IMG/VR virus record: IMGVR_UViG_3300035660_000001
Location: 64,001-128,000 of that record
From: a virus
Length of the DNA stretch: 64,000 nucleotides
Strand: one strand, 5' to 3'
Shown here: piece by piece, positions 38,586 through 48,182 of the stretch
How positions within the stretch are numbered: position 1 is the first letter of the stretch
How the letters are laid out: each line of letters begins with the position of its first letter
Notes under the pieces: generated by a model
Database searches by the model: none
Told to the model about the DNA's origin: nothing
What the model saw: only the letters and a program-made list of their open reading frames with translations
Position numbers and translations under genes: made by a program

Positions 38586-40779
38586 GCGGGATCTGCTAAT
38601 CCACCTCCGCAAGTGGTGGGGTGTTTTAGCGAAGGACGTATTCCGGAACAAGAAAGACAAGTTCGACTCGGAGGATCCCGAGGGGGATGCCCTCCGGCTG
38701 AAGGAGATCACCCGCAGGATTCTCGACCGGATCGTGTTCATCCGGTTCTGTGAGGATCGCAAGGCCCTTGCCAGACCCCACCTGAATACCCTCTTCCCCG
38801 AAGGCACCACAGGCAACGCCCTCGACGTTCTCCGGCAGGAGTTCCAGCACTACCACGGTATTTTCGGGGGAGACTTATTTGAAGCCCAGGAGTGGGAGTC
38901 CTGGGTCTTTATCACCCCGGACGTCCTGCGGTCGATCCTTGCCGATGCCTATGAATCCCACCAGTTCGACCAGATCTCCCTGGATATTCTCGGCACCATG
39001 CACGAGGCCTACTTCGGATGCTCTATTAAGATAGTGAAGTGGACGTCCGTCGGCGAGGGGGAATCCGAGAGAGGTAAGACGATGCACGATGTCGAGTACT
39101 CCTTCAATTCGGAGGAGCGGAAGGTCGGCGGAGTTTACTATACCCCGAAGCACATCGTGGATCACATCATCGACCAGACAGTCCGATTGTGCATGCGGGA
39201 TGTTTCCTTAGACGAGGCGAAGGGCCTCCGGATCATCGACCCTGCCTGTGGCTCCGGTAACTTCCTCGTCGCGGCCTACGAGTATCTGCTGGCCTACTTC
39301 GAGAGCAAGAAGGGGAGCAAGCTCGAGTTCAAGGACCGGGCGACTATTCTTGTCACCCAGATCTTCGGCGTCGACCTGGACGCTAATGCGGTGCGACTGG
39401 CCCGGCTCTCCCTGCTCCTGAAGCTCTATGAGGGGCAAGAAGTCGATGTTTCTCCGGGTGAGGTTAACCTGAATCTAACCCTAAACATCCAGTGCGGGAA
39501 TACGCTTGTGGGCCCGGATATCGCAGAGAAGCCAGAGTTCTTTAATCTCCCCGAGGCAGAGCGGCAGAAGATCAACCCATTCGACTGGAATAAAAACTTC
39601 CCGGAAGCCATGTCCGATGGGGGCTTCGACGTCATCATCGGAAATCCGCCATACGTTACGACGGGATCCATGCATGACCCTCTGCAGTCTGCCTACTTTA
39701 AGGACAAGTATGCCACCCCGAAGGTGAAGTCCAACCTCTACATCCTGTTCATCCTAAAGTCCATCTCCCTCCTGAAGCCGGGCGGCTACTTCTCGTTCAT
39801 CGTTCCGATATCCCTGCTCTTCACCCAGGACGGGGAGCCCGCCCGCAGGGCCCTCCTCGACTGGAAGATCCTCGAGGTCAACGACGTCGGACCAGCCTTC
39901 GATGGGATCGCCATCGAATGCACTGTGTTCGCCATGCAGAAGGTTCTCCCCGGGCAGAACGTGATCACCGCCCGGATCGTCAACAAGACGGGGACGTTCG
40001 AGAGGACTAATCCCGTCAAGCAGGAGAGGTTCAAGGGTTTTCCAAGAGCCCTCCTCAACGTATTCTGCTCCGATAAGGACATAGAGATGTTCTCGAAGAT
40101 AACCGTGCCCGGCAGGCCAACGATCGGGGACTTCCTTGCCCTCCACAGCGGGTTCCGTTGGGACGAGGCTCACAACGTCGCCGGTCCAGAACAGGGCGGG
40201 GTCAGGTCCCTCCTTGGGGCGGAAATCGAACGCTACAAGCTCGACCTGCGGGAGCACTGGGTGGATCCCGCCAAGAGCAAAGAGACCGCCCGGCTGGTCG
40301 ACCGTTTCAAGGACGTTCCAGAGAAGATAGTCATCCGGGGTTTCACCAACCAGCTTATCGCCTCCCTGGATACCGACCGTTGCCTCTTCGTGGACGCCGT
40401 CTACGGGTGCGAGAACAACGGCAAGATGGATAACCGCTATCTGCTGGGCGTCCTAAATACCCAGCTCCTCAATTACTTTGTGCGGAGATACTTCGTTCAG
40501 ACCCGCAGGAGGATTCTCTGCGAGATACACATCTACCAGATCCTTGAGCTCCCCGTCCCGGCTATAGGTCCGGCAGAGCAGGCTACCCATGACCAGATCG
40601 TAGCCCTCGTGAGCGAGCTCCTAACCCTCCACAAGACCCTCCCTTCCATCCAGGGCCATCACGAGAAGGCGTCGGCCCGCTGGCGGATTAAGACCGCCTA
40701 CCAGGAGGTGGAGGACTTGGTTTCCGACCTTTACGGGCTCACCGCATCCGAGAGAAGGATGGTCGCTACCGGAATGTAG
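38548..40779 (+). CDS. N6-adenine DNA methyltransferase, type IIG/Eco57I-like, with C-terminal TRD and no N-terminal nuclease
   Basis: GVYYTP, IDPACGSGNFL (motif I), FGVDLD, GNPPY (motif IV), YLLGVLN...LPVP TRD-like tail. Confidence 0.9.
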   Translation: MSLIKTDRFQRRERDLLIHLRKWWGVLAKDVFRNKKDKFDSEDPEGDALRLKEITRRILDRIVFIRFCEDRKALARPHLNTLFPEGTTGNALDVLRQEFQHYHGIFGGDLFEAQEWESWVFITPDVLRSILADAYESHQFDQISLDILGTMHEAYFGCSIKIVKWTSVGEGESERGKTMHDVEYSFNSEERKVGGVYYTPKHIVDHIIDQTVRLCMRDVSLDEAKGLRIIDPACGSGNFLVAAYEYLLAYFESKKGSKLEFKDRATILVTQIFGVDLDANAVRLARLSLLLKLYEGQEVDVSPGEVNLNLTLNIQCGNTLVGPDIAEKPEFFNLPEAERQKINPFDWNKNFPEAMSDGGFDVIIGNPPYVTTGSMHDPLQSAYFKDKYATPKVKSNLYILFILKSISLLKPGGYFSFIVPISLLFTQDGEPARRALLDWKILEVNDVGPAFDGIAIECTVFAMQKVLPGQNVITARIVNKTGTFERTNPVKQERFKGFPRALLNVFCSDKDIEMFSKITVPGRPTIGDFLALHSGFRWDEAHNVAGPEQGGVRSLLGAEIERYKLDLREHWVDPAKSKETARLVDRFKDVPEKIVIRGFTNQLIASLDTDRCLFVDAVYGCENNGKMDNRYLLGVLNTQLLNYFVRRYFVQTRRRILCEIHIYQILELPVPAIGPAEQATHDQIVALVSELLTLHKTLPSIQGHHEKASARWRIKTAYQEVEDLVSDLYGLTASERRMVATGM

Positions 40780-40971
40780 TCCCATTTTCGGTAAAACCCC
40801 TGCTTGGCTATTTTCACCTGCCTCGTAATCCCATTATTGGGACTACGACATTTCCGTCTTATTACTTAAGGTCCTTTGTTGTTTCTTAAAGCCGTTTGTA
40901 GTATTTAAGCTGTTTAGATAATAGCGTGTAGTCCCATTATTGGGACTCGTATAACTTTTTTAGATAGGGTC

Positions 40972-41000
40972 TTGACAATCAAATTGGAATCAGTTATACT
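40972..41000 (+). promoter_or_regulatory. Sigma70-type promoter for the glycosylation cluster
   Basis: TTGACA-N17-TATACT. Confidence 0.8.
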
Positions 41001-41039
41001 ATTTGCCAATCTATGATGCAGGAGAAGAACCTCTAATTC

Positions 41040-42569
41040 ATGTGGTCTGCGGAAACATCTAAAGGCTTCGAGTCCCGTAAGTGTCGTGCTCGTCTCGAAG
41101 GGTTCTGTAAAGGAACCGGCGTTGATCTCGGATGTGGTGATGAGAAGGTCGTTCCCACAGCTATCGGAGTGGATCGTGCTGGCAAGGAAGTGAATGTCGC
41201 CGGAGACATCACTTCCCTTCCTATTTTCTCGGACGACGCCTTCGATTACGTATTCTCCTCCCACGCCCTCGAAGATCAGGTCGACACGATGGCGACCCTT
41301 CGGGAGTGGTGTCGGCTTGTGAGGCCGGGGGGCTATCTTGTTCTCTACGTTCCGCACAAGAACTTCTATCCCAATATCGGAATGCCGGGATCTAATCCGA
41401 ACCACCGCTACGACTTCTTGCCGGAGGATATCCTTCGGCTTTTAGCTCTTCTGGACGGCATGGAGTTCCTTCACGTCGAATCCCACAACGAGAACGACGA
41501 GTATGCCTTTGACCTCGTAGCCCGGAAGGTCGACTTCCAGTCCGACAGGGATCGGCTGATCACGACCGTGAAGAATTTGAACTACCTGCCGGAGGATCCC
41601 GTGCTTCTGGCTCAGCTGAAGGACTTGCGGACGAAGGTCGACTCCATCCAGGTTCAGAGGCTCGGGATGCTCGGGGACATGCTCATGACCCTCCCCGCCG
41701 TGTCCCAGCTCAAGAAGAAGCACGACGTCCTCATTTACCTCACCGATCCCAAGTGGCTCCCCTTGATTGCAGACCATCCGGACATCGACGTTATCCGCTT
41801 CTCTAACCCGCCCGGGACGCCTCCCGGGGAGAAGGGCTTCGCCCAGTGGCCGGACACGGATATCTACTTCCGGTATCCCGATCGGAAGGTCCAGGACACG
41901 AAGCATCTCACGGAGTGGTTCTGTGAGCAGGCCAGGGTCCCGCCGAGCCGAGATATCTACTACCCCGTCGACCCGAACGTCTGGAAGACTATGGGGGAGA
42001 TCGTCGGCAAGGTCGGCATGCCCTATATCGTCGTTCACCCTTACCCCGGCTTCACGATCAACAAGGCCTGGCCGCCCCGGCTGTGGGCCCGGCTTTGCCA
42101 GCGTCTGATGGTAGAGGGCTACAGGATCATTCAGGTCGGAGATCGTGGGGAAGAGCCCGTCCTGAAGGAGAGCTACAATTTTACTTGTGCCGCTGGGATG
42201 ACGAACCTGAAGGGTCTGGCCGCCCTCATAGGCCGGGCTCAGGCGTTGATCTGCGGGGACTCCGTGACCAATCATCTCTCGCAGGCCATGAAGACCCGCG
42301 CGGTCGTGATTTTCGGAAGCACGTGCCCGAAGAGCTCCGGCTACGATCAGAATGTAAATATCTTCCAGGGCGTCAAGTGCCAGCCCTGCTATATGGAGGA
42401 CAAGATTTGCAACCACAGGGCATGCCTCGACGGGGTTTCCGTTGAGCAAGTCTACGACGCCCTGATGTCGGTCCTGAAGGTGGGGAAAACTTCAAGTATA
42501 GAAGAACCCCGCATTCACAATCGGGATCAAGAGGAGGTGAAGAAAAGTGAAGATAGCGTTCGACCTTGA
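41040..42569 (+). CDS. Methyltransferase (type 11) fused to GT9 (heptosyltransferase-like) glycosyltransferase
   Basis: DLGCG, FDYVFSSHALE, RPGGYL; then RLGMLGDML...P, KAWP, ICGDS..HL, VVIFGST. Confidence 0.85.
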   Translation: MWSAETSKGFESRKCRARLEGFCKGTGVDLGCGDEKVVPTAIGVDRAGKEVNVAGDITSLPIFSDDAFDYVFSSHALEDQVDTMATLREWCRLVRPGGYLVLYVPHKNFYPNIGMPGSNPNHRYDFLPEDILRLLALLDGMEFLHVESHNENDEYAFDLVARKVDFQSDRDRLITTVKNLNYLPEDPVLLAQLKDLRTKVDSIQVQRLGMLGDMLMTLPAVSQLKKKHDVLIYLTDPKWLPLIADHPDIDVIRFSNPPGTPPGEKGFAQWPDTDIYFRYPDRKVQDTKHLTEWFCEQARVPPSRDIYYPVDPNVWKTMGEIVGKVGMPYIVVHPYPGFTINKAWPPRLWARLCQRLMVEGYRIIQVGDRGEEPVLKESYNFTCAAGMTNLKGLAALIGRAQALICGDSVTNHLSQAMKTRAVVIFGSTCPKSSGYDQNVNIFQGVKCQPCYMEDKICNHRACLDGVSVEQVYDALMSVLKVGKTSSIEEPRIHNRDQEEVKKSEDSVRP

Positions 42570-42855
42570 CGGGACGCTTGCGAGGGAGACCCCAGGAAAA
42601 GAGGGAGGAGAGATCGGAGAGCCTATATTCCCGAATATCGATCTGGCGATGAAGTGGATGCGGGAAGGGAACCTGGTCTTTATCTTTACCGCCCGGGGCT
42701 GGTGGGAATACGAAGTCATCCGGTCTTGGATGGAGAAGAACGGCCTGAAGGATGCTGTCCTCGTCTGTGGGAAGCTCCACGCCGATATCTACTTTGATGA
42801 TCGTGGACGACAGCTCGACGAAAACACCTTAACCGGAATGAAGAGCCCCGCATGA
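42547..42855 (+). CDS. HAD-superfamily phosphatase (capsule-biosynthesis type)
   Basis: FDLDGTL, IFTARG, K..ADIYFDDR. Confidence 0.85.
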   Translation: MKIAFDLDGTLARETPGKEGGEIGEPIFPNIDLAMKWMREGNLVFIFTARGWWEYEVIRSWMEKNGLKDAVLVCGKLHADIYFDDRGRQLDENTLTGMKSPA

Positions 42856-44606
42856 TCTCGGTTGTGATGCCCATTCTGAACCGGGTTTCTCTCCTCAAGA
42901 GGGGACTCCCATCGATCTACACCCAGGACTATCCTCGAGAGAATTACGAGGTCATCTTCGTCGACTACGGGTCCACGGATGGCCTCAAGGAATACCTGCA
43001 GGCCCTTTCCGGCGTTCTGAATCTCACCTACCTTCGGATCGACGACTCGAAGGCCAAGATCCCCGTCTATCACGGTCCCACCGGGACATGCAACCCCGCT
43101 CTGGCCTGGAACGTCGGGATCCGAAGGGCCCGGGGCAATCTGATCATGCTGACCAGCCCGGAGGTCATCCACGTTACCGAGACCTTATGGCAAGCCGATG
43201 AGGTCGGCAAGGAGGGTCGGGTCGTCCGTGCTCGGGTCGTGGACGTCCCTCCCTGGACCCAGGATTTGATCGACGAGCTCCACACCTTCAGTTCCTCGGG
43301 GATGATCAACCTCACCAGTTCCACCGAGCGACCGGACATGGCCGGACTTTACTTCATCGGGGTCGTCCCGAAGGCCCTGCTCGAGAAGATCGGGGCGCTC
43401 GATGAGGACTACATGATGGGTCTGGCATGGGAGGATACGGACGCTGGACAGCGGATGCTGGCTACGGGAGCGGAGCTCTACCATGCCGACGATATGATCG
43501 GGCTCCACCAGTGGCATCCCCGGGTCGATCTCCGGGAAGACCCCTACTGCCTCAAGAACCAGGTTCGCCACCTGAGAGAGTTCAAGACCGTCGCCAACGT
43601 CGGTCGGGTTTGGGGGGATCCCGACGTGATCGTGGACGAGTGGCACTGCACCCCTGTTGCGGATCGCAAACTACCCCGGTTCAACATCCTGAAGCCCGCG
43701 AAACGCCTCGTGGGATTCGTTCGGACGTATAACGAGGTCGGGCGGGACTACTTCGATCAGTTCTTCGATCAGGCCAAGACCTGGGGTCTCGATGCACTCT
43801 TCGTTCTCGACGACTGCTCCACGGATGGGACGGTAGCGGCCGTCCGGAAGCACACGAAGTATGTCTGGGTTCGAGACCATAATCACGGGAAGCACTACGA
43901 GATCCAAAATATGATGTTCCTGGTCGACCGGTGCAAAGAGGTCGGGGCCCAGTGGATGCTTTGGATGGACATCGACGAGGTCTTGACCAATCGCGCCGGG
44001 GAGATCATGAAGCGGCTGATGGAGGAAGGTGACAAGCAGGACTGGTCGTCGGTCTACTTTCCCGAATACAATCTCTGGAAGACGCCCCGCTGGCGTCGTC
44101 GGGACATGGGTTGGTCGTGTAGCACGGGTTGGGCGAGGCTGTGGAGGAACGACGGAGTTATGTTCTACGATCAGGCCGCGAACGTTGGAGCCCACCTTCA
44201 GCTGTGGCCCCGATGCCTCGACAGGAACTCGTTCCGGACGGAGGAGGTTGCCGTCCTGCACTACGGCTACGCATCGAAGGAGAACATCGATGCCAAGTGG
44301 GAAGAGTATACGAGGCTTGATTCCCGTCGCCTCTTCCTCTACACAAGAATTCTGGACGAGACGAACCTGGTCCTGCAGGCGTTGCCGAATTCGATTTTCC
44401 CTGCGGGGCTGGAGCCGGGGCCGGAGGACGATATGTTTCCGAGATGGACGGAGAAGGATCTCGATCGCATCGCAGAGGTCATTGGGAGGTGCGGATGGAC
44501 AATGAGGCCGTTGGTGGAAGCCGATTTTCTGCAGACAGTATATCAGGAAACCCAGCAGATAAAATTGGCAGGCTTGCCCGATATTACTTTTGCGGGTACG
44601 CTTTAA
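42852..44606 (+). CDS. Two-domain GT2 glycosyltransferase
   Basis: ISVVMP..NR, VDYGSTDG, WEDTD; second domain RTYNE, LDDCSTDGT, MDIDE, LHYGY. Confidence 0.85.
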   Translation: MISVVMPILNRVSLLKRGLPSIYTQDYPRENYEVIFVDYGSTDGLKEYLQALSGVLNLTYLRIDDSKAKIPVYHGPTGTCNPALAWNVGIRRARGNLIMLTSPEVIHVTETLWQADEVGKEGRVVRARVVDVPPWTQDLIDELHTFSSSGMINLTSSTERPDMAGLYFIGVVPKALLEKIGALDEDYMMGLAWEDTDAGQRMLATGAELYHADDMIGLHQWHPRVDLREDPYCLKNQVRHLREFKTVANVGRVWGDPDVIVDEWHCTPVADRKLPRFNILKPAKRLVGFVRTYNEVGRDYFDQFFDQAKTWGLDALFVLDDCSTDGTVAAVRKHTKYVWVRDHNHGKHYEIQNMMFLVDRCKEVGAQWMLWMDIDEVLTNRAGEIMKRLMEEGDKQDWSSVYFPEYNLWKTPRWRRRDMGWSCSTGWARLWRNDGVMFYDQAANVGAHLQLWPRCLDRNSFRTEEVAVLHYGYASKENIDAKWEEYTRLDSRRLFLYTRILDETNLVLQALPNSIFPAGLEPGPEDDMFPRWTEKDLDRIAEVIGRCGWTMRPLVEADFLQTVYQETQQIKLAGLPDITFAGTL

Positions 44607-45553
44607 GAGACTACAGCATCCAGACCGTCTGCGTGGCCGGAGAAGAAAGCGCAGAGGAGAAGCGGATACTGTCGGACATGGGATTTAAGGTGGTCGACCT
44701 AAAGGGGTCACCCCCCGATGCATTCGTTTGCCTCGATACGTTCAATAAGACGTCCGACTGGACGAACTTTGAATATGGGAAGCAGTTAGTAGGGTGTGCC
44801 ACGAAGGTTTTAATGTTTTCCGTTAAGACCGATGAGTTCGATCGGGGAGTTCTGCCCCCGGAGACAACCCTTTTCTACCAGACGTCCGAAGGATTTATTT
44901 ATGATCGGGATACGCACTTCCTTCCGGCCTCCTATCTCATAGGGCTCATAGTTAAGGAGCAGAAGGAGGGGCCTCTCCGTGTCATCCTGGGGTATCACTG
45001 GGCCCAGGCGCCCGGATGGAAGATTTTAACGCATGCCGATCAGGATATTACGAAGCCCCTGCAGTTTCAGGCCGGGAGTGTGGAGTGCCTGTTTATGGAG
45101 CATGTCCTCGAGCATGTGGACTTCGTGGACGCCCTCAAGTTCTTCGGGGAGGCTTACCGGGTCTTGAAGCCGGGAGGCGTTCTCCGGATCGTATCCCCGG
45201 ATCTCGATAAGCTAGGTTGGTTTATGCGAAGGGGTGAGATCGAAAGTCGAGACAAGGAGTATATCAAGACGTTGGTCGATAAGTATTCTATCCCCGAGAG
45301 CCTTCAGGACCGCGACACGTTTTACGTCTTTCTGGTGAACGAGATAGTTCGGGAGCATGGCCATAAGTTCGTTTGGACCGTCCCGCTCATTACCGATGCC
45401 CTTCGGGAGTCCGGCTTTGAGGTTGAGGTATTCGGGGTTGGGGAGGGGACCAATCCTGACTTCTGCCTTGAGCGGAAACGCCGGGGCCTGAAGGATGAGA
45501 TCGGACCGCCATACGACTGCGAGAGTTTCCACGTGGAGGGGATCAAGCCGTGA
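44495..45553 (+). CDS. Methyltransferase-domain protein (degenerate N-terminal plus intact type 11-like C-terminal domain)
   Basis: EHVLEHV, YRVLKPGGVLRI..PD. The N-terminus resembles 46618-47115. Start codon uncertain. Confidence 0.7.
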   Translation: MDNEAVGGSRFSADSISGNPADKIGRLARYYFCGYALRDYSIQTVCVAGEESAEEKRILSDMGFKVVDLKGSPPDAFVCLDTFNKTSDWTNFEYGKQLVGCATKVLMFSVKTDEFDRGVLPPETTLFYQTSEGFIYDRDTHFLPASYLIGLIVKEQKEGPLRVILGYHWAQAPGWKILTHADQDITKPLQFQAGSVECLFMEHVLEHVDFVDALKFFGEAYRVLKPGGVLRIVSPDLDKLGWFMRRGEIESRDKEYIKTLVDKYSIPESLQDRDTFYVFLVNEIVREHGHKFVWTVPLITDALRESGFEVEVFGVGEGTNPDFCLERKRRGLKDEIGPPYDCESFHVEGIKP

Positions 45554-45714
45554 CCCATTACTACGCATGGAAAAATAATCCCAAGAGGAGGGAACTCTAT
45601 GGGCGTAAGTGTCGAATCGTAGCGAGGGGGAAAATGAATAGCATTCTGATTGAGTTTGAGAATGGACAGCGGGAATGCGTATCACGCAATGCGGTGAGGA
45701 GAATTAAGCCATGA
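45550..45714 (+). CDS. Small hypothetical protein (54 aa; below the ORF-track cutoff)
   Basis: GTG-started MTHYYAWKNNPKRRELYGRKCRIVARGKMNSILIEFENGQRECVSRNAVRRIKP. It fills the gap exactly, with overlapping stop/start at both ends. Confidence 0.6.
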   Translation: MTHYYAWKNNPKRRELYGRKCRIVARGKMNSILIEFENGQRECVSRNAVRRIKP

Positions 45715-46625
45715 TGAAGATGGCCGCTATCGTTCGTGTTTACAACGAGATGATCACGGGGCATGCCCAACGGTTCTTTGCCCACTGGAAGGACTGGGGA
45801 GCGGACGAGCTCTTTGTCCTCGACGATCACTCCGACGACGGGACAGCGGAGTATGCCCGGAAGTTCACGCCTCACGTCTGGGTGCGGGAGAACAGGTTCG
45901 GCAGGAACAGGGAGAAGGAGAATACGGTATTCCTTCTGGACCGGGTGAACGATGTTGGAGCCGAGTATATCCTTTTCATGGACTGCGATGATATCCTTAG
46001 CCGGGGGGCCGGACAGCGTCTGCGGGAATACTGGCTTCCTATGATGGATGATCGGAACTTCAGCTCCCTGGTCTTTACGTCCTACAATCTATGGCGGAAA
46101 CCCCGCTGGCGTCGGGTCGACTCGATGTGGGCATGTGAGGATCAGTTCTATCGGCTGTGGAAGAACGAGGGCCTGAAGTTCGATGTGATTGAAGAGAAAC
46201 AAATGCATGCCCCCCCAGCTCCTCCGCAGGTTTTTCGGTACTGGACGATCGTGCCTCACACGGATATCACGTTCCTGCATTACGCCTATGCCGACCTTTA
46301 CGGATTAAGGAAACGCTTCCTGCACTACGCCAATCTCGACGGGAAACGCATAGGGATGTATGCCCGGATCATCGACGAGTCCAACCTGATGTTAGAGCGG
46401 GTTCCGGATGAGCGGTTTCCGGAGGATCTCGTGCCCGGCTCTGATCAGGAGGAGTATCTCAGAACCCCAATGGACGACCTGCACCTTCTCGGCAGGTCTA
46501 TGGGCCGGGCCTGTTGGAAGGACAAGCCCATTGAAGAACGGACGGAGTGGTGGGATTGTGCCGATGTGAATAAGCGTATTCTGGAATCTAACCGACCGGG
46601 AATGAGGATTTTAGGCGATGAGTAA
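45711..46625 (+). CDS. GT2 glycosyltransferase (paralogue of the second domain of 42852-44606)
   Basis: RVYNE, LDDHSDDGT, MDCDD, YNLWRKPRWRRVD, LHYAY. Confidence 0.85.
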   Translation: MMKMAAIVRVYNEMITGHAQRFFAHWKDWGADELFVLDDHSDDGTAEYARKFTPHVWVRENRFGRNREKENTVFLLDRVNDVGAEYILFMDCDDILSRGAGQRLREYWLPMMDDRNFSSLVFTSYNLWRKPRWRRVDSMWACEDQFYRLWKNEGLKFDVIEEKQMHAPPAPPQVFRYWTIVPHTDITFLHYAYADLYGLRKRFLHYANLDGKRIGMYARIIDESNLMLERVPDERFPEDLVPGSDQEEYLRTPMDDLHLLGRSMGRACWKDKPIEERTEWWDCADVNKRILESNRPGMRILGDE

Positions 46626-47115
46626 CATTCACCTGTCCGCGATTTTCAGGAAATTAGTCCGCTACTACTTCGCCGCCGAAATTCTGGAAGAGTGTGGGGT
46701 CCAGGGTTTTGTCATGGACGTCGGGTGCGGGGATGGTCTGGGATCAGACGCTTTGGCTAAGTCAGGCTTCCACGTCGTGGGGATCGACAATTCCGTCCAG
46801 TATGCCAACGATCACTTCGGGGACTCGGGTCGATCTATCTTTTTGCCGTCCACCATCGAAGATATAAAGTTCAAGGTCGACGCTGTGGTCGCCTTCGATG
46901 CCTTCGGGAGCGACAAGTTCAAGTTCTTCCTTTTCCCCGTCCTTGCGGAGATGGCGAAGAGGGTGTTCATCTTCTCGGAGACTTATATCCCGAAGGAGAC
47001 GATGATACCGGAGGGAACGAAGTTCTTCTATCAGACCGAGGATGGTTTGATCTACGACCGGATGCCGACCAAGCATCCCCCGATCAACCTTATCGGAGTG
47101 GTGATAAAGCCATGA
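46618..47115 (+). CDS. Class I SAM methyltransferase
   Basis: RYYFA, MDVGCGDGLG, VVGIDNS. Confidence 0.75.
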   Translation: MSNIHLSAIFRKLVRYYFAAEILEECGVQGFVMDVGCGDGLGSDALAKSGFHVVGIDNSVQYANDHFGDSGRSIFLPSTIEDIKFKVDAVVAFDAFGSDKFKFFLFPVLAEMAKRVFIFSETYIPKETMIPEGTKFFYQTEDGLIYDRMPTKHPPINLIGVVIKP

Positions 47116-48182
47116 TGCGATCTAAACCGTTGGAGGGCGCCCGGGTGCTGGTGACCGGAGGGACCGGCTCTTTAGGGAAGGTGCTGGTCCGGAGGATTTT
47201 TTCCGGGGAGATTGGCCTCCCCGACGAGGTGATCATATTCTCCCGGGATGAGGCCAAGCAACACTTTATGAGGATGGAGTGGCAACGAGCGACTGGGGCG
47301 GTCACCGACGAGAGGATTTATGAGGACTTCCGGAACAAGCTAAAGTTCGTGATCGGGGATGTGCGGGACTACGACAGCGTCTTTCGGGTGTTGGAGGACG
47401 TGGACGTTGTGTTCAATGCCGCCGCTTTAAAACAAGTCCCGACCTGCGAATACTTTCCCCTCGAGGCCGTGAAGACCAACATTCTCGGGGCGGGGAACAT
47501 CGTTCGTGCGGTCGAGGCGCACCCCCGAGTGAAGACGGTCGTGGGGATATCTACCGACAAGGCCGTGAAGCCCGTGAACGTCATGGGGATGACCAAAGCC
47601 ATCCAGGAGCGTGTCTTTATCGAAGCGAACATTCACTGCCCGGCCTGCTTCATCGTCGTCCGTTACGGTAACGTGCTGGCTTCTCGGGGATCTGTGATTC
47701 CCCTCTTCCACGATCAGATCAAGCACGGCGGTCCTCTCACGATCACCACGAGGGACATGACGAGGTTCCTGCTTACCCTCGACGATGCCGTGACTGCTGT
47801 TTTTACCGCTCTCAAAGAAGGGGAGCCTGGGGAGACCTACGTGCCGATCGTTCCCTCGGCGCGAGTTATTGATATCGCCGTAGCCTTGAAGGGTGACAGG
47901 CCGATCGACGTGCAGGTTATGGGGATCAGGCCGGGCGAAAAGACTCACGAGATCCTGGTCAGCGAAGAGGAGGCTTACCGAACAGTTCGGAGGGAATGCT
48001 ATTACGTTATCCTTCCGATGCTTCGGGAAATCCGGGGTGACGGCGAGCTCAAGCATCCTCTCGAGAAGGAATACAGTTCCGATGATGCCTTCATGAAATT
48101 CGACGATGTCGAAGCGTTCTTGAGGGGGAAGGGGCTGATGGTCGAGGACTACAAGCCCGAGTCGATGGAGTCCTTGCGATGA
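47112..48182 (+). CDS. fnlA: UDP-GlcNAc 4,6-dehydratase (FnlA/Cap5E/WbjB-type)
   Basis: TGGTGSLG, FSRDEAKQ, AALKQVPTCE, STDKAVKPVNVMGMTK, RYGNVLASRGSV, GIRPGEK.HE. Confidence 0.85.
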   Translation: MMRSKPLEGARVLVTGGTGSLGKVLVRRIFSGEIGLPDEVIIFSRDEAKQHFMRMEWQRATGAVTDERIYEDFRNKLKFVIGDVRDYDSVFRVLEDVDVVFNAAALKQVPTCEYFPLEAVKTNILGAGNIVRAVEAHPRVKTVVGISTDKAVKPVNVMGMTKAIQERVFIEANIHCPACFIVVRYGNVLASRGSVIPLFHDQIKHGGPLTITTRDMTRFLLTLDDAVTAVFTALKEGEPGETYVPIVPSARVIDIAVALKGDRPIDVQVMGIRPGEKTHEILVSEEEAYRTVRRECYYVILPMLREIRGDGELKHPLEKEYSSDDAFMKFDDVEAFLRGKGLMVEDYKPESMESLR

